DNA of 64,000 bases, taken from assembly GCA_038496445.1 (NCBI GenBank), contig JALMLS010000594.1, forward strand, positions 124,001-188,000, read 5' to 3'. The number at the start of each line of letters is the position of its first letter. Position 1 is the stretch's first letter. Origin of the DNA: Trichosphaerium sp. ATCC 40318. Taxonomy: Eukaryota > Protista > Tubulinea. Positions 25,025 through 37,954 of the stretch are shown here, one piece after another. The position numbers and the translations under genes were made by a program. The notes beneath the pieces were generated by a model. That model had not been told where the DNA came from. It did no database searches and was given only the letters and a program-made list of their open reading frames with translations.

Positions 25025-26665
25025 ATGTCTTGCGAGACATTTTGGCCTTTACACCTTGAATGCAGCGGAAGAGGAACTTGCGTTAATGGTACATGTGTAT
25101 GCAACCATGGGTAAGCGTAAATAGGGGTTTTAATAAATAACAAGAGGTAATCGCCTTATTTCTTTTTAAAATCAGCTAGATGGTCTGGTGACGGCTTAAT
25201 GATGAGGTTAATAGACGATCAAGGGCATAATATTGCTTGTTACTCAAATAAATACGCTGTAATCGGTGCATACAGTGTAGCGCTTCTGGTGGGCACAATA
25301 TCAGTATTTATAGCGCTGTGGAAGCTCTTATCAGTAATAAGCAAGTATAAATGGCCAGATATCTACAACTTTGATAAAAACCTTAGCGTTTACCTCCTTA
25401 TCATTTTCAGCGGCGTAGGTACAGACCAAGAATGATTTAGTGTTTTTGCAACGCTTTATTTTTTTGGATTTTCTTCTCTCCCTCTCGTATCCAGCACGTG
25501 ATTACAAAGTAATTGATTTGTATATACAATATATACATTGTTAATTGCTAAGCATGGATTGTTTGGGAGGGTATTTTTAGCTCAAAAATCATTCTCAACT
25601 TGCGGTTACTAAAGTTTTTTGTAGGAGGTATTTGTACAGCAGCACTTGTTATTGGCGGTTTTAAGATTACAACGGATGTGACATTACTTATATTTGTGTT
25701 ATTTTCTTCAAGTAGTAACAATGCAGTACTTACAATTATGTCTTTAAGACTCACAAGGTGCGACACTAAATTAAGAAAAAAAAACCATTACAAACTTGAC
25801 ATTACTCAGTTGCTTTCTATTTGCAACCACGTGTTTGTTTTGAAGTTGCGTATTCATTATATTATTTTTTTGCTGATCACGTGAATACTGACTTGTTTGG
25901 CTATAGAGTTATTGAGAGAGTGCCTCATGTTTCTCGTTTCAGCAGTTCAATGACTTGGATAAAAACAGTTCAATACATTACCAGTTTTGTATTTGTTACT
26001 GGATTTTGGTGTGTTCCAATGCTTGTATTTTTTTCGAATGGGTCATCATTCAGGGGTACGCCATCACATTGAACTAAATCCTCCCTTTTTTGGTTTTTAT
26101 TTAAAAAGCAAGTGTACTGGACGTGTTTCTCTCACATACCTTCCGTATACATCAATATTCTTTTTCCCGTTAAGGGCTATTTTTGATGTACAAGAAAAGT
26201 ATGAAAGTTTTTTATAGTGAGGGAGAGCATGCAGAATACTTGCATATTTTATGTCAGCTAATGTTTTCCTTAGTTCGTTTGCTTTATCTTACGATCATAC
26301 TATTTGTTTTTACATTCATACCGCAAACTATCCTTTATCTTGTTTTTACTAGAAGGATAATTCACGGATTAAACAAAGGAATAGAACTTTCTGGAAATGC
26401 AGAACTTGTCAAGCCAACAATTAAGAAATTAAAAGGATTAAGGTTATCTCTTATTATACCATCATGTGTCATCATGGCACTTGTTTTTACTGTATTGTTA
26501 TTTATTGCTTTAATGGATTATCTCATATTCATTGCTTTCTGTGCACATAACGCTGGTTTGATAAGAATTACATGGATTGTACTTAAAGAAAACAACAAAA
26601 ATTCATCAACAAGTAGCTCCAAGAACTCACGGCCTGCACCTGTTAATGTCACTGTTGGACAATAA
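25025..26665 (+). CDS. EGF-like N-terminus + multi-pass membrane protein (GPCR-like)
   Basis: Exon 1 CSGRGTCVNGTCVCNHG, then W.GD. Several hydrophobic helices in exons at ~25200-25418, ~25810-26054 and ~26273-26665. Ser-rich tail. Middle exons are uncertain. Confidence 0.5.
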
Positions 26666-26927
26666 AATACCCCCCTTGTACTACTAAAATACCTTTCTAT
26701 TGGGTTTGCAAATACTGTTCACATAATTGATGAGCTGCTTTTTTGAAGCACCCAAAACATCATCCAAAAAATAGAACAAAACGGCTAAAACTTACTGTTT
26801 TCAAAGAAATATATAACATGCTCCAAATTTCGCAACAAGTAGTGTAAACCCATTACAGTACTCTAATATGTACAAAGAACCAAAAGAAACAATCTTGGCA
26901 ATGAAAGCAGACACTGAATTCAAGCTG

Positions 26928-27996
26928 CTATAACTCAAAGTCTAGTTGATGTAAAGCCCATATATCATCATAAGAGGGGGTGGGCCCAGATGACCAGCCA
27001 CTGTTTATAGATAAATCATCATAAAAGTCAAGCCCTGATGAATCAGTGTTTGGAGAGAAAGGATATCCACTTGTGAAGAATACTATACCAGGAATTATCA
27101 CGTCTTCAGTCACAAAAGTATTATGTGCTATCAAAGTATGAATACCTTTCAATACCTTAACCCCATCATCACTAACTTTGGTATGACTAACATAAAGAGT
27201 ATGTACACCGACCAACGCTTTAATACCTTCATCAGTAACCCTAGTACCTGTAATATTAACCTCATGTGCACCAGCTAATTCCTTGATGCCCTCATCAGTT
27301 ATTTTGTAGCAATACGACAAGTCAATAGTGTGTACACCAGCCAACGCTTTAACACCTTCATCAGAGAACGTGTTACATCTACCCAAGTTTATAGTATGCA
27401 CACCAGCAAGAAACTTGAGTCCTTCATCAGTAACAAATGAACTCCTTAAGTCGACAGTATGAATACCACCCAATGTCATAATACTAGCATCAGATGGTGC
27501 AGCTTCGCTAAGATCAATTGAATGTAATCTACAGCACTCGTAATCGACATCTTCTCCAAATAGACCTTCAATACCTGATGTTTTAAATCCAGCAAGAACA
27601 CAGATAATATCATCCCCACGGTCGTTGTCTTGTAGAAAGAAATGTTAGAATGATTAGATGATGTGATAGACAGGTGTTGTACCAACAATGTTATTATCTA
27701 GGGTTAGGACTTTAACTGCAGTCTTCGTCTTTCGTGCTTCAGAGAACATATTGTTGAATAGGTACGCTTGAGCTAGTGTTCTTATTATCACTGTATTGTA
27801 CCCAACGATGTTATGAATGATAGAGCAAAGGTGTCTACAACTTTGTGACACTGAGAAGCGGGTTTTTGTCGTATTTTCAAGTATTTTACTCAAAATCTCA
27901 ATAGGGAGCTCCAGTAAGTTTGTAGGTCTATGTTGCGTATGAAAAAATATTTGGGGACAAATTAACGTACGAATGGACGTTATATCTTTCTGACAT
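26928..27996 (-). CDS. F-box + LRR (GVHTIDL repeat) protein
   Basis: MSERYNVHS|PTNLLELPIEILSKIL F-box. A phase-1 intron near 27630-27682 links the separate ORFs. LRRs of the type GVHTIDLSYCYKITDEGIKELA. Paralog of 6015-6920. Confidence 0.8.
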
Positions 27997-28602
27997 GTTG
28001 TAAACGCCTTTGGTGACTTTTTTGGGTTAAAATTGAAGCCAAGTGAGGGTCTGTTAACTACACGTGGTGTTATCACGTGATTCTAGAATGGAAAATCCGA
28101 AAATAATTTTGATAGCAATCACAACTTGCTTGTGTTATACTGAGAATAGCAACTGACTGTACTTGGTTTATCATTTCGCTAATGGATTGAGGCCTATGTC
28201 TGTGACTCTTGTCCACTTTATATATACACTCCATACAACGCTACATCTTCATCCGTCATACCGTGAACTCCAGCAGGACTTTGAATTGAAAGCAAGAAGT
28301 GAATGTCAGATGATAGGCCAACCACAGTTGGCAGCCTGTTTAAGTATTGCAACATTTGGCGTATAGACTATATTCTTTTGAGCGCAGGTCAAGGACGTAC
28401 AGCTTTGATATCTCCTATTTGTTAGATAAAACAGCCGAAGTTCACATTGCGGAGGTCCAAACGTCTCAACGAGGGACGTAATGGTGTCTAAACAAAGTCA
28501 CACAATCGCGATTCTATGGTGTCATTTCACTTCGCGTGTAGTTTACACTTTTGGTCATCTTGTAAGGTATCCAGGGATTTTTATTGCTTTTGGTGATAGT
28601 GT

Positions 28603-31600
28603 TTATGAAACGTATACATGGTAAATATCTGTTTTTTTAACATTACCATGTACATCAACAGCAGATATATAGTAATCCAAAAGAACTTGTTTGTATCCTT
28701 TTAGTTCGTAAAAGTATCCATCGCTTATTACTGTAGGTGGGAAAGAGAATTTAACATTACCCTTTGGATCAGCTGCAGGCATGGTGCGCTTTGTCATTGT
28801 GAAAGTCTACAAGTACAAGGTGAACATAAGCGAAAACTACAGTTGGTATGTTGGTTTGTTGTATGCCGTACCTTCCAAGGACCTGGCGCATCTAGTCCAT
28901 AATCTTTAGGCTCATATACTTCATTTGAGTTATCACTAAGAGGATTGACACCATCTGAATCCTCTCGGACATTCAAAGTAACATTTTGGACACCACTGAC
29001 ATCAAAAACTGAACTTGACGTGAGCAACACTACTACTTCTGCAAATAAAGGAACGTACCAAAACTGTACACGTAGAAATCACGTGACATATTAGTGTATT
29101 TATAGTTCCATAAAGATCCCATACCATAACCACCAGGGTTATAAGGGTGTCGCATTACATACCTAACAATATAAACAACCAAAAATTGTAAAAAAAATAG
29201 TACTCACCATACACTTGGAGGAGTCTTATCTTGAGCGTTATTGGAAACTGACAACGCTTTTTTAGCGTGTTCTATTGCTGTATTGCAAGCAACAGATTGT
29301 TTATCAGCCATGTCTTGTACTGCACCATAGTACACTATAGAGTTAAAGAAAGATCATAAACGAAAGAAGAAAAAGAAGTATTAAGGATACTGTAGCCAGA
29401 CGTAAGAGAAGGAAGGTAGAAATGCCAAGCTAGTTCAGCCTCAGTAACTTTCCCTTTTGTTGGATTTTGTATTTGAGCAGTTCTAACACCACCTGATACA
29501 TTTGCCGCCATTTCAACATAATTCTAGGCAGACAAAAATTAGAAAATTAAAAAAAAACACTAATATCAATACGTACTTGTGCTGCTGTTATAACTGCCCA
29601 GTTACGTTCATTTACAGCCCATCCGTTAGGTATATCATAGTCAGGATATTGGCCTTTACCTTGAAGAGGTCTGTTCCAGTTAATGAATCTAGGAGATCCA
29701 AAGTCACCGTCTGCATTTACCCTTCAAAAAAAATAAAGTAAACAAATAGTCTTAAAATCTTCAACTCACCATGGACCGTCTTCTACGTGAATGACATCAT
29801 CTTCATCGACAGGGAAGTCTTTCAAGTATTGATTTATAGTTGTTGGATTGTATCCGTCTGATACAGCTGACTTTGCAAAGTTTTGTACACATTGCATGTA
29901 GTAAGAGTATCCGCCACCTTAATTTTTAGTCATTCTTCCAAAACAACGTGTGTCTGTTGTTGTCAAAATGGCGTACCAAAATCGTTATCGCCATCGTGAG
30001 CGAATAGCACTAGCATAGGATGCTTTGGATCATTTTTGGAAGCTATATTTTGGATATCTTGTGTACCATAGCATTCGTAACCATCTTGCCAACTAAAATT
30101 TAACAAAGTTAGATACATTTACATTCTGTTAAAATACTCGCTTATTACCTCATTGCTTGGGCTGCTGGTACTACAATTATTTTATGCTCTTCGCCTGTAT
30201 TAGGATCTACATGCTTAGCATAATGAGGACGATATGAGAAAGGCTAATATTAGTACTTAGCATAAAACGATCAATCTTTGCAATTTGTAGTTACGTATGC
30301 ATTGTTTGGCGTGCATCCACGGGAAATACTTTGTTGGTGATAATCGGATTGCTTTGGGTTAACTTGATCAGCTGGATTAGGTGGGTTATTATTATCGCCA
30401 TGCTAAAGTAGTTTTAGCGTCTGAGGAAGGTAAAGAAAAAAGTGAAAGAAAAACCAAACTCAGTTTTGTCTTTTCACAAGAGACTATTAACAGCGTACAA
30501 TCGAATAAGGATAATCCTTGCAAGCACGTGATATGTGATTATTTGGTACAATAACCCATTCGATACCTTAACAAAAAATAAGATTGTAAAAGTCAACGAA
30601 AAAAAACACGTATTTGTTTTGTGATTCAGCCTCAAATTTCTTACCTTGCTTAACTAGTGTTGGTATCATACGCTCCGAAAAAGACATTTCTGCAGGAAAG
30701 AAACCTTTAGAATAAGGCACGTTACCCCACGTCTTCGAATACATGAGTTTATGAGTCTCAATCTCAATATTAAAAGCCACAGGATCAACAAGAGGCGCAA
30801 TAACACTTATTGGTGTTAGTACATTATTTTCATTTCAAATGCGTAACTGATGGTAAGTAAATGACACCATATCAAGCTTAGTTTCTCCGCCTATAAACAT
30901 TATAAATACCGTCACGTGGAGAAAATACCAACACCTTCCTTATTAAGACAAAACAACAAAAAAAGAAATTTCTTTGTAACATTTTCTGTAGTTTTGTAGC
31001 GCACCTGATGTCTTATGTGATGCCATATAGTTCGCATACGTTTTATTCCAGTCTTTGCCATACTGTCCATTATTCCAACCGTTATTAGCAAGACTGTTGA
31101 TGTTCTCAATCAAGTCTGCAGCGTAGCTCACCTTACAATTGTTAGACAGGTCACAAAGTCTTGTTAAGCGTCAGAGACATACCTGAGCGCCTGCGTCTGC
31201 AAGGTTTGCGATAGTATTCAAAGCATCAGCGGCTCTGGATTGATAAATCGCCACACGATCAGCTTTCCCAAATACACTAGACATATCTGTCTCTGGGTGA
31301 CCGCCTTGTTGATTTTGAAGCTATTTTAACGTTGTTAACCGTTGCACACGTGAAGAAGAAAAAAAAAGAATGTCGTCAAAGCACCAAGTTGCTTTATTGG
31401 TCTGATCTCGTACCTGGAGAGACTGGTATGCTTTTTGGTAGTTATTTGGGTCTGTTGGGATAGGTGCAGGCCACTATACGTTGTAAGGTGATAAAATAGC
31501 ATCTAAAAGCTAATAAACGCACGTAAATAGGTTGTTGTAGGTGCCAGTGCCATGAAGTCTGAATGTTAGTATTTTGAGCTCCTAATACGCCTAAAAGGGA

Positions 31601-31633
31601 GACTAAAACTATTACTAGCGGTTTTATACCCAT
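28603..31633 (-). CDS. Secreted GH57/GH119-type alpha-amylase-like glycoside hydrolase
   Basis: Signal peptide, WHWHLQQPIYWP, KGFFPAEMSFSERMIPTL (nucleophile Glu), LFAHDGDN (acid/base Asp), many short introns. Confidence 0.72.
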
Positions 31634-32014
31634 TTTGGTCTGAAAAGTAGAAACGGGGTGCCTTAAGCCACAAAAGCGAACTGTTCCCTTATTTCGACAA
31701 AACTAGAAAGTTTTGTTCCCCATTCTTGGCCATACAAATTATATTTGAGTCTCTGACGCTCCTTTCGTATGGTACCCTGCGATACCATTGTTGATGGTAT
31801 CAGGCCTGTATTTTGAAAGGTGCAAATGTGACACATGAACACGTGAGACAACCGCATTTGTTTTCAAAGTTTGTATTATTTGGATATTTGTTAGCTGAGC
31901 TTATTACATGTATGCCATGTTAGCCGTATTACTAACATCAAATAGTTTATCTAATCACGTGACTTTGCAACATTGTATTCCGTTATGAATGAACATGAGT
32001 ATATTTATTGGCAG

Positions 32015-32425
32015 CCCAATTTTCTAAAGGTTACTTTAAAGGTGCCCATGGTGCTGTGATAATGAATAATTGTACAGACCAAAATTGGTTTGAAAATACA
32101 CAAAGCTGGTTGCAAGCGCTTGATAGAGAGGCGCCAGATGATATACAAAAATACTTGTTGGAACAAAAAGTGACCTCCTAGAAGAAAGTGTTGTTGATGC
32201 TGATGTTGCTCAGGTATTATAGCAACTGTACATTTTCTTAGTAGTAGGTGTAACCAACTTTAGGCATTTGCTGCTACACATGAGATGGTTCTTTGAATGC
32301 TCTGCCAAAGAATCTATGAATGGTATGAAAACGTTAAGTCATACAAGTGTTTAATTCAGTATTTTGTAGTTAAAGAAACCTTTATTCTATTGGCATCCAT
32401 GATGTACAACAATGAAGAATGACTG
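32015..32425 (+). pseudogene. Rab GTPase pseudogene fragment
   Basis: KGYFKGAHGAVIM...WLQALDREAPDDI, frameshift, LVGTKSDL, then FECSAKES after another shift. No G1/G3 motifs found. Confidence 0.7.
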
Positions 32426-32519
32426 GTTATTGTATAGTAAATCTCGTTGTTTTATTTAACAAGTGGAAATCTGTCTTGGAGGTCGCATAACAATATCAGC
32501 TTGTTGATGGACTAAAAAA

Positions 32520-32620
32520 GTCTATTGTTGAGGTTTACTTGGTGTAAAACCTTCATCAGTTACTACAGTGTCAATGAGATGAATAGGATTAACACCTCTC
32601 AAAGCTTCCTTCATCATACC
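32520..32620 (-). pseudogene. Degenerate GVHTI-type LRR fragment
   Basis: Reverse strand reads EALRGVNPIHLIDTVVTDEGF. Confidence 0.5.
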
Positions 32621-32728
32621 GAAACCATGTTACTAACTGTTTTTTTGTTTTTACTGAACTGATGACACGTGTATGTCTATTTCATACATGTTTTATTAGA
32701 GAAAAAAATGTGCTTTGCTTTATTGTGC

Positions 32729-35129
32729 CTACAAAGACTCCTCCTTTTGTATGGTTTTACGGCTGAAAGGTGTAATTTTACTCCTCAAGTATGGCACTTT
32801 AAGCCCAACCACAGCAATCACGACAACAGCAACCAACAACAAGATGACTATCACAATCGCAGCTACTGCAGCTGATGATAGCCCTGATTCATCCTTGCAT
32901 CTATCATCAACAGAGAACAGAACAGAATAGTGTCCTAAAAAGTGTGCTTAGATAACTAACACAAGGAGATGAATTACCTTCTTTATCGTCTTGAGGTGTT
33001 CCAGTTATTCTTTTGCAACCTTTATCAATTTCTTTGATCTTTATGTTGTCTAGTTCAGCACAATCTACTTTGTCATAGATAAAGATATCCCTTAACTAAC
33101 TGGTGTCACAAGATGTACTAGCACGCTCAAATACCTACCTCACCATCTTTTATGGTGTTAGAATCAAAAGTGACATCACCAGTAACACTCGCACATTCTA
33201 AATCGCGAATGAGTATAAGCTATTTGGTATTGAACCCATAGTACCTGAAAACGTGAGTACAGCGTCATCTGCAAAAGTTTGAGTTGTAGTGAGTGTTGCT
33301 TTGTCATTGAAAACAAATGAACCATTCCAAAGAGTAGGAGTGGTGATAATAACAGGATCATCAGCAACCCAATCACCTAATACAAACGAACTCAGAGAAT
33401 GCTTGAAAGAGTTGTTTAGTACCGTTCACACATGTAAACCCTTGTCGTTCGTCGCCTATACATTCAAAGCCTTTTGTCCACATGTCTACCAAGAGTTATA
33501 ACAGGCTTCTGTTACATCAAAGTGACTACCTCCAATACAAAAGTATTGACCATCAGGTTTTGGGTCTGTACATATTCTCTGATATAACGTTATTTCACTA
33601 GTTACAGTCTATTCATTGTACCGATTGGAATGCGCCAATATCTTCTATACCTAGTCTTCGAGGGTTTCCATCTATTTGAAAATCAAGTTAATTACAGTGG
33701 CAGAAATACAAGTACCTATATCGGTCGCTGCACTACTAATTCCGGTTATGTTTCCTACTAAAGTGTTAACCTGTCTTCTTCGGTTTCCGCAATAAGGTGA
33801 AATCACGTGCTGTTAAATATTCTGGTAGCTGTGTTCTTGTTTAATTTATAATCTCCTTTCGAAGTGCTCACAAACAGCTTTCCTCTTGTCTTAATTACAG
33901 AGCCATCAAATGTTTCACCTGTCATGATGATTGACGTCTTAAAACTCCATCGCTTGTCATTGTCAGCTTCAATCTTTTCGATACCTATCGCTTATAAGTA
34001 GTGGAACGTTGCTATCAGTTGACTACCTTCACCAAAGGTTCCATACTCAAGACTAAAGTCACCTCCTTCCGAATAACATTTTGTATGGAAGACTATTGTT
34101 TTTAGAGGCTTACGGAATGTCATTGGTTGTACCTGCTTGAATATTACCGTATATCAAAACGTTGGAAGCAAATACTGTTGACTCATCATGACAGCTACCC
34201 ATTAAGTCACAACCAACAAAAAAAAGAAGCGTTTATCGTACTCAATAATCTTTGTTGATTCACAATTGTCGGGAGAATGGTACTTGAATCTATCTAAAGG
34301 TCCTTTAATTATCACGTGATGTAAGAAGAATATTTTTAACGTAACATACCTATTTTTATAAAAGTGCTTTTCTCAGAGCAGTCGCTTGACGTCCTTATAA
34401 ATTCTAATACTGTTTAGATACGCTCAATATTAACACACATACTATGACTGCACCCAGTGGCTGAAATATCTAAAAGTTGTACAAAGCCAGCGTTTATTTC
34501 AACGACTTCATCTCTTCGATTTTGGTTTGGTAATATTGTAAAGTCAATATCGCTGAATACAACACTACGGATACCACTACAATCAGGATCAATTTTTACT
34601 TGATTATTCCGAATGACATTAATTGTTCCGTTTCTGAAGAAGATATCACGTGAGTCTACGCGTAACAGTCAGTAAGTAGATAAAACTAAACGAAACGGCT
34701 TACCTCCAGTAATCTGTATTGTACCGTCTCCTTGGTTTCCAATTGTAAACCCATAAAACGTAATATTTCTACAGTCGTTTAGACTGATAGACTCGAATAC
34801 CATCTACCAGGTATTAATTTAGTGTTTTTAGAACAGAACACATTGCTGTTTTGTACGTCACGTGATAAATTGTATGTACCTTTTTATTACCGTCCCAGAC
34901 TACTTTAATATTGTTATAGTCTTCCCAGTCGACTTCCAGAGTTTTGTCACCAGTTATATGGATACAGTCGCCGTTCTAAGCAAGATATGTTTGTCTGGAG
35001 TGGTATATCTAAATGTACCTTGTTTACAGAGTTTAAATTACGAGCATCTCTACAGGCAATGCTAAAACCCACTAAAAATACTGCCCACAGCGTAAACATA
35101 CGTTGTACAGTGCCACGCACTCCAAACAT
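32729..35129 (-). CDS. Multi-exon type I membrane surface protein of unknown family
   Basis: Signal-like FTLWAVFLVGFSIA, beta-rich ectodomain exons, C-terminal TM helix (AIVIVILLLVAVVVIAVVGL) and short tail KVPYLRSKITPFSRK. Confidence 0.6.
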
Positions 35130-35664
35130 GACTGTTGTACGTTAGATAATGTAAGTACAGGAAGATTCATTACCCTTTTTACAGAATAAAACTTTATCGC
35201 AACACGTGACCTACAAATACACGCAGGGATATCAAGATAATTTATGAAACGGGATGGAATGTGACACCGAACAAACTAAGGCAAGTGAGCTTAATCATAA
35301 TCCTGAACAATTTTACATGGGTTACAGAATGTTCTATACATCATTTGTTACTTTAACACCGCCAACACCTTTCAACAAGGTCCAAAGTAATAGTACACCT
35401 CAAGCTTTTTATTAACTTGCTACGCTCTTCTGTGGCACGACAACCCTCATGTGTTATTCGCCAAAGCAGTTTGTTTCATCTTGTAGTCGAACCTTGAAGC
35501 CGTCGCTGTGTTTTTGGACAAAAAGAGACCAGCCTACCTAGTCTCAGTATCACAATTGCCATAAAATCTTACGGTTTTGGTAAATTATACCCGGGTCTAT
35601 AAGAAAACTTTAATCATCTTCTACATGTGTTTTTTTATTGAACATACTTTGGTTCAAATTACAA

Positions 35665-35762
35665 GTTACATTCTGCGCAGTTTGCCATGGCAACGCGAAA
35701 AATAATTAAGCTTGTGAAGGTGTTCCTATCGGTCGCATAACTGAGTTCTGTGGTGTGCCGGT
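35665..35762 (+). pseudogene. Orphan RAD51-paralog (RAD51C-like) exon fragment
   Basis: Reads TFC...(stop)..EGVPIGRITEFCGVPG followed by a GT donor. This matches the segment leading into Walker A. No continuation found. Confidence 0.55.
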
Positions 35763-35871
35763 AATGATATGACAAGTCGGGTTTTTTTTTAAGCTGCTGT
35801 TATTTTATTCACAAATAATCGTACAAGTACAAAAGGATACAACAAAAAATCATTCAAACAATGTTGTGATG

Positions 35872-37612
35872 TTACCCAATGAATGGAGTATCATCCAATT
35901 TGAATGATTCGATGTCAAGAATGAAAGGCTTTATCATACCTTCATCTACAAGCGTACTAGTAACAGCACGATTGTATGCATTCTCAACAAAACCAAAATA
36001 GAAAATACAATGCCAAAAATTACTTGGTGTTAAAGCTACATCTTTCAAACAGAAAGATGAAGGAGTAACATCTTCAGAACTTTCAAATTCTTCCAAAACA
36101 TCATCACGTGATTCCTTGTATAATATCTTATCTACAACTACTTCATCTTCATTCCCAGGTAACCACCATGTGACTAATAGTATTATAAGACGAAATGAAG
36201 ATGACTTTGATGAAGTGGGTAGTTGTCATACCTGTGAATGATTCATTTTTTTTTGTTTCATGAAAACTTTTTTCGATTTTGAAACACTTTTTCTTTGCTG
36301 CAATCATTCTATTCTCTGCCTCTTTCAACTTGTTCAAGCATTCCTCACATGTTTCATCTAATTACTAGTATGAGGAGAGTGTAAAAAAAAAGTGTGTTAG
36401 GAGTACCAGCACCAAAAGAAATAGGTGACTTATAAGTTCCATGTTTACATTCTTCGGTATCAGAAGAATCATCTGATCCTTCAGATTCCGAATCAGAGTC
36501 ATCATCACTGAAGTCATTTAGATCATCATATTGCTCGTTTATAGCCTCTACACATTTTTTGATCATATCACGTGCAACTTTTGATGATGGACAGAGCTCT
36601 AAAGCTTTCTCAAAAGCTACTTTCGCAAAAACATATTTTGCTGGTATCATCTCAAAACATGCTATTCCCTTCCTCAAGTGACCCTTCAAAGAAAATCAGC
36701 ATATGCATAAAACACTCCATAGTAAAGTGTTATATTACCTTTACGAAATCAGGTGCAATTTCAACACAATTAGACGCATCACGAAGAGCACGAGCAAGAA
36801 AAATTAAAGAACCAAATTCATATTGTTTTGACTCTTTGTTCAACTCTATAAGAGTAGCTGCTCTGTTGCTAAGCAATACATGCATCATATCCATGTGCTG
36901 CTTAGGGTTTTTCTCAGCAATATCAATAGCACGTGTGTACAAGGCGTTGGCTTCAAGGAACTGTTTTTTTCCATATTTTTCGTTTCCGAGTTTTTTAAGC
37001 CTTAGTACTTCGTTTTTTGTCTTCTTAAGCGTCTTGAAGGTAGGTCTGAGTAGTAGATAAGCATAAAAAGCACTTTAGAGCGTTTTTTAGTAAAATTTAC
37101 ATAATGTGTTTTCGGTTACATTTGTAGTCGTAAGAGCATCCATTCGCTGATTTATATGCTATACAGCGTTGAGATGGTATTTTGTGGGCGTGTCTACATT
37201 TTTCGCCATACTTGCAGCATCCAGCCAGAAAGTATTGGCATAGTTTCTGTTGGCAATATGAGGACGAGAATCAAGAAACGGCGCGTACACGATGAGACTT
37301 GTTTGAAGCCCATGGGTGTTCTTCTTCAGTAAAATCAAGCATTGATAATACCAAAGGGCTATGCAGAGGGTGGGGGCACGGTTCTGCTTCATTAGAGTCC
37401 TTGTAATAGTCTTCTAACTTATCGAGCATCATACTGAAGCTTTCATCGGTAACACCGCCACCATATGGTCGGTCTTCTTTGTCCCAGAACATGTATTGTA
37501 ACGGATCGACAAACGCGCTTGAGATAATGTCATTGACAGTTTCATCGCCTGAGTAGCCGTAATCGCCGTAGTCTGAATCATCAGAGTCGTAGTAAGAGTC
37601 GTAGTAGCTCAT
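35872..37612 (-). CDS. Protein with two CCCH zinc fingers, TPR repeats and acidic tracts
   Basis: After an intron at ~37247-37288: LCQYFLAGCCKYGEKCRHAH and RCIAYKSANGCSYDYKCNRKH. TPR: LGNEKY...YTRAI...LLSNRAA...PDFVKGHLRKG...FEKALELCP. Confidence 0.75.
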
Positions 37613-37954
37613 TGTGTGTTTAGAATAATAACCGCTATTTTTTTGTGATTATTGAGCTATTGACTTAACGACATTTTATTCGAACGCACCTTACATACAG
37701 AATCACGTGATTTGTATTTTAGAGATGACAATACAACCGTGTTAGTAGGCAATTTAAAAAAAAGGTTGTGGAGAGCTTTGCACGAACGGACGGAAACTGT
37801 GAATTACAAACAGAATAAACATTGTTACCACTCATTTTCAAGTGCGAACCTGACTGTTTATTGGTTAGATTCGTTTCAACTCATTAAGTAAACGTTTTGC
37901 TACTTTCACAATGTTGCCTATTGCGTCCTTATCTCTTGGCAACTATCGTTGGTA

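Noticed and set aside
27476-27688. Apparent frameshifts in the F-box-LRR gene
   Set aside because: A phase-1 GT-AG intron explains them, so the gene is probably intact.
37271-37290. In-frame TGA suggesting readthrough or an alternative genetic code
   Set aside because: It lies within a plausible short GT-AG intron. The other genes read normally with the standard code.
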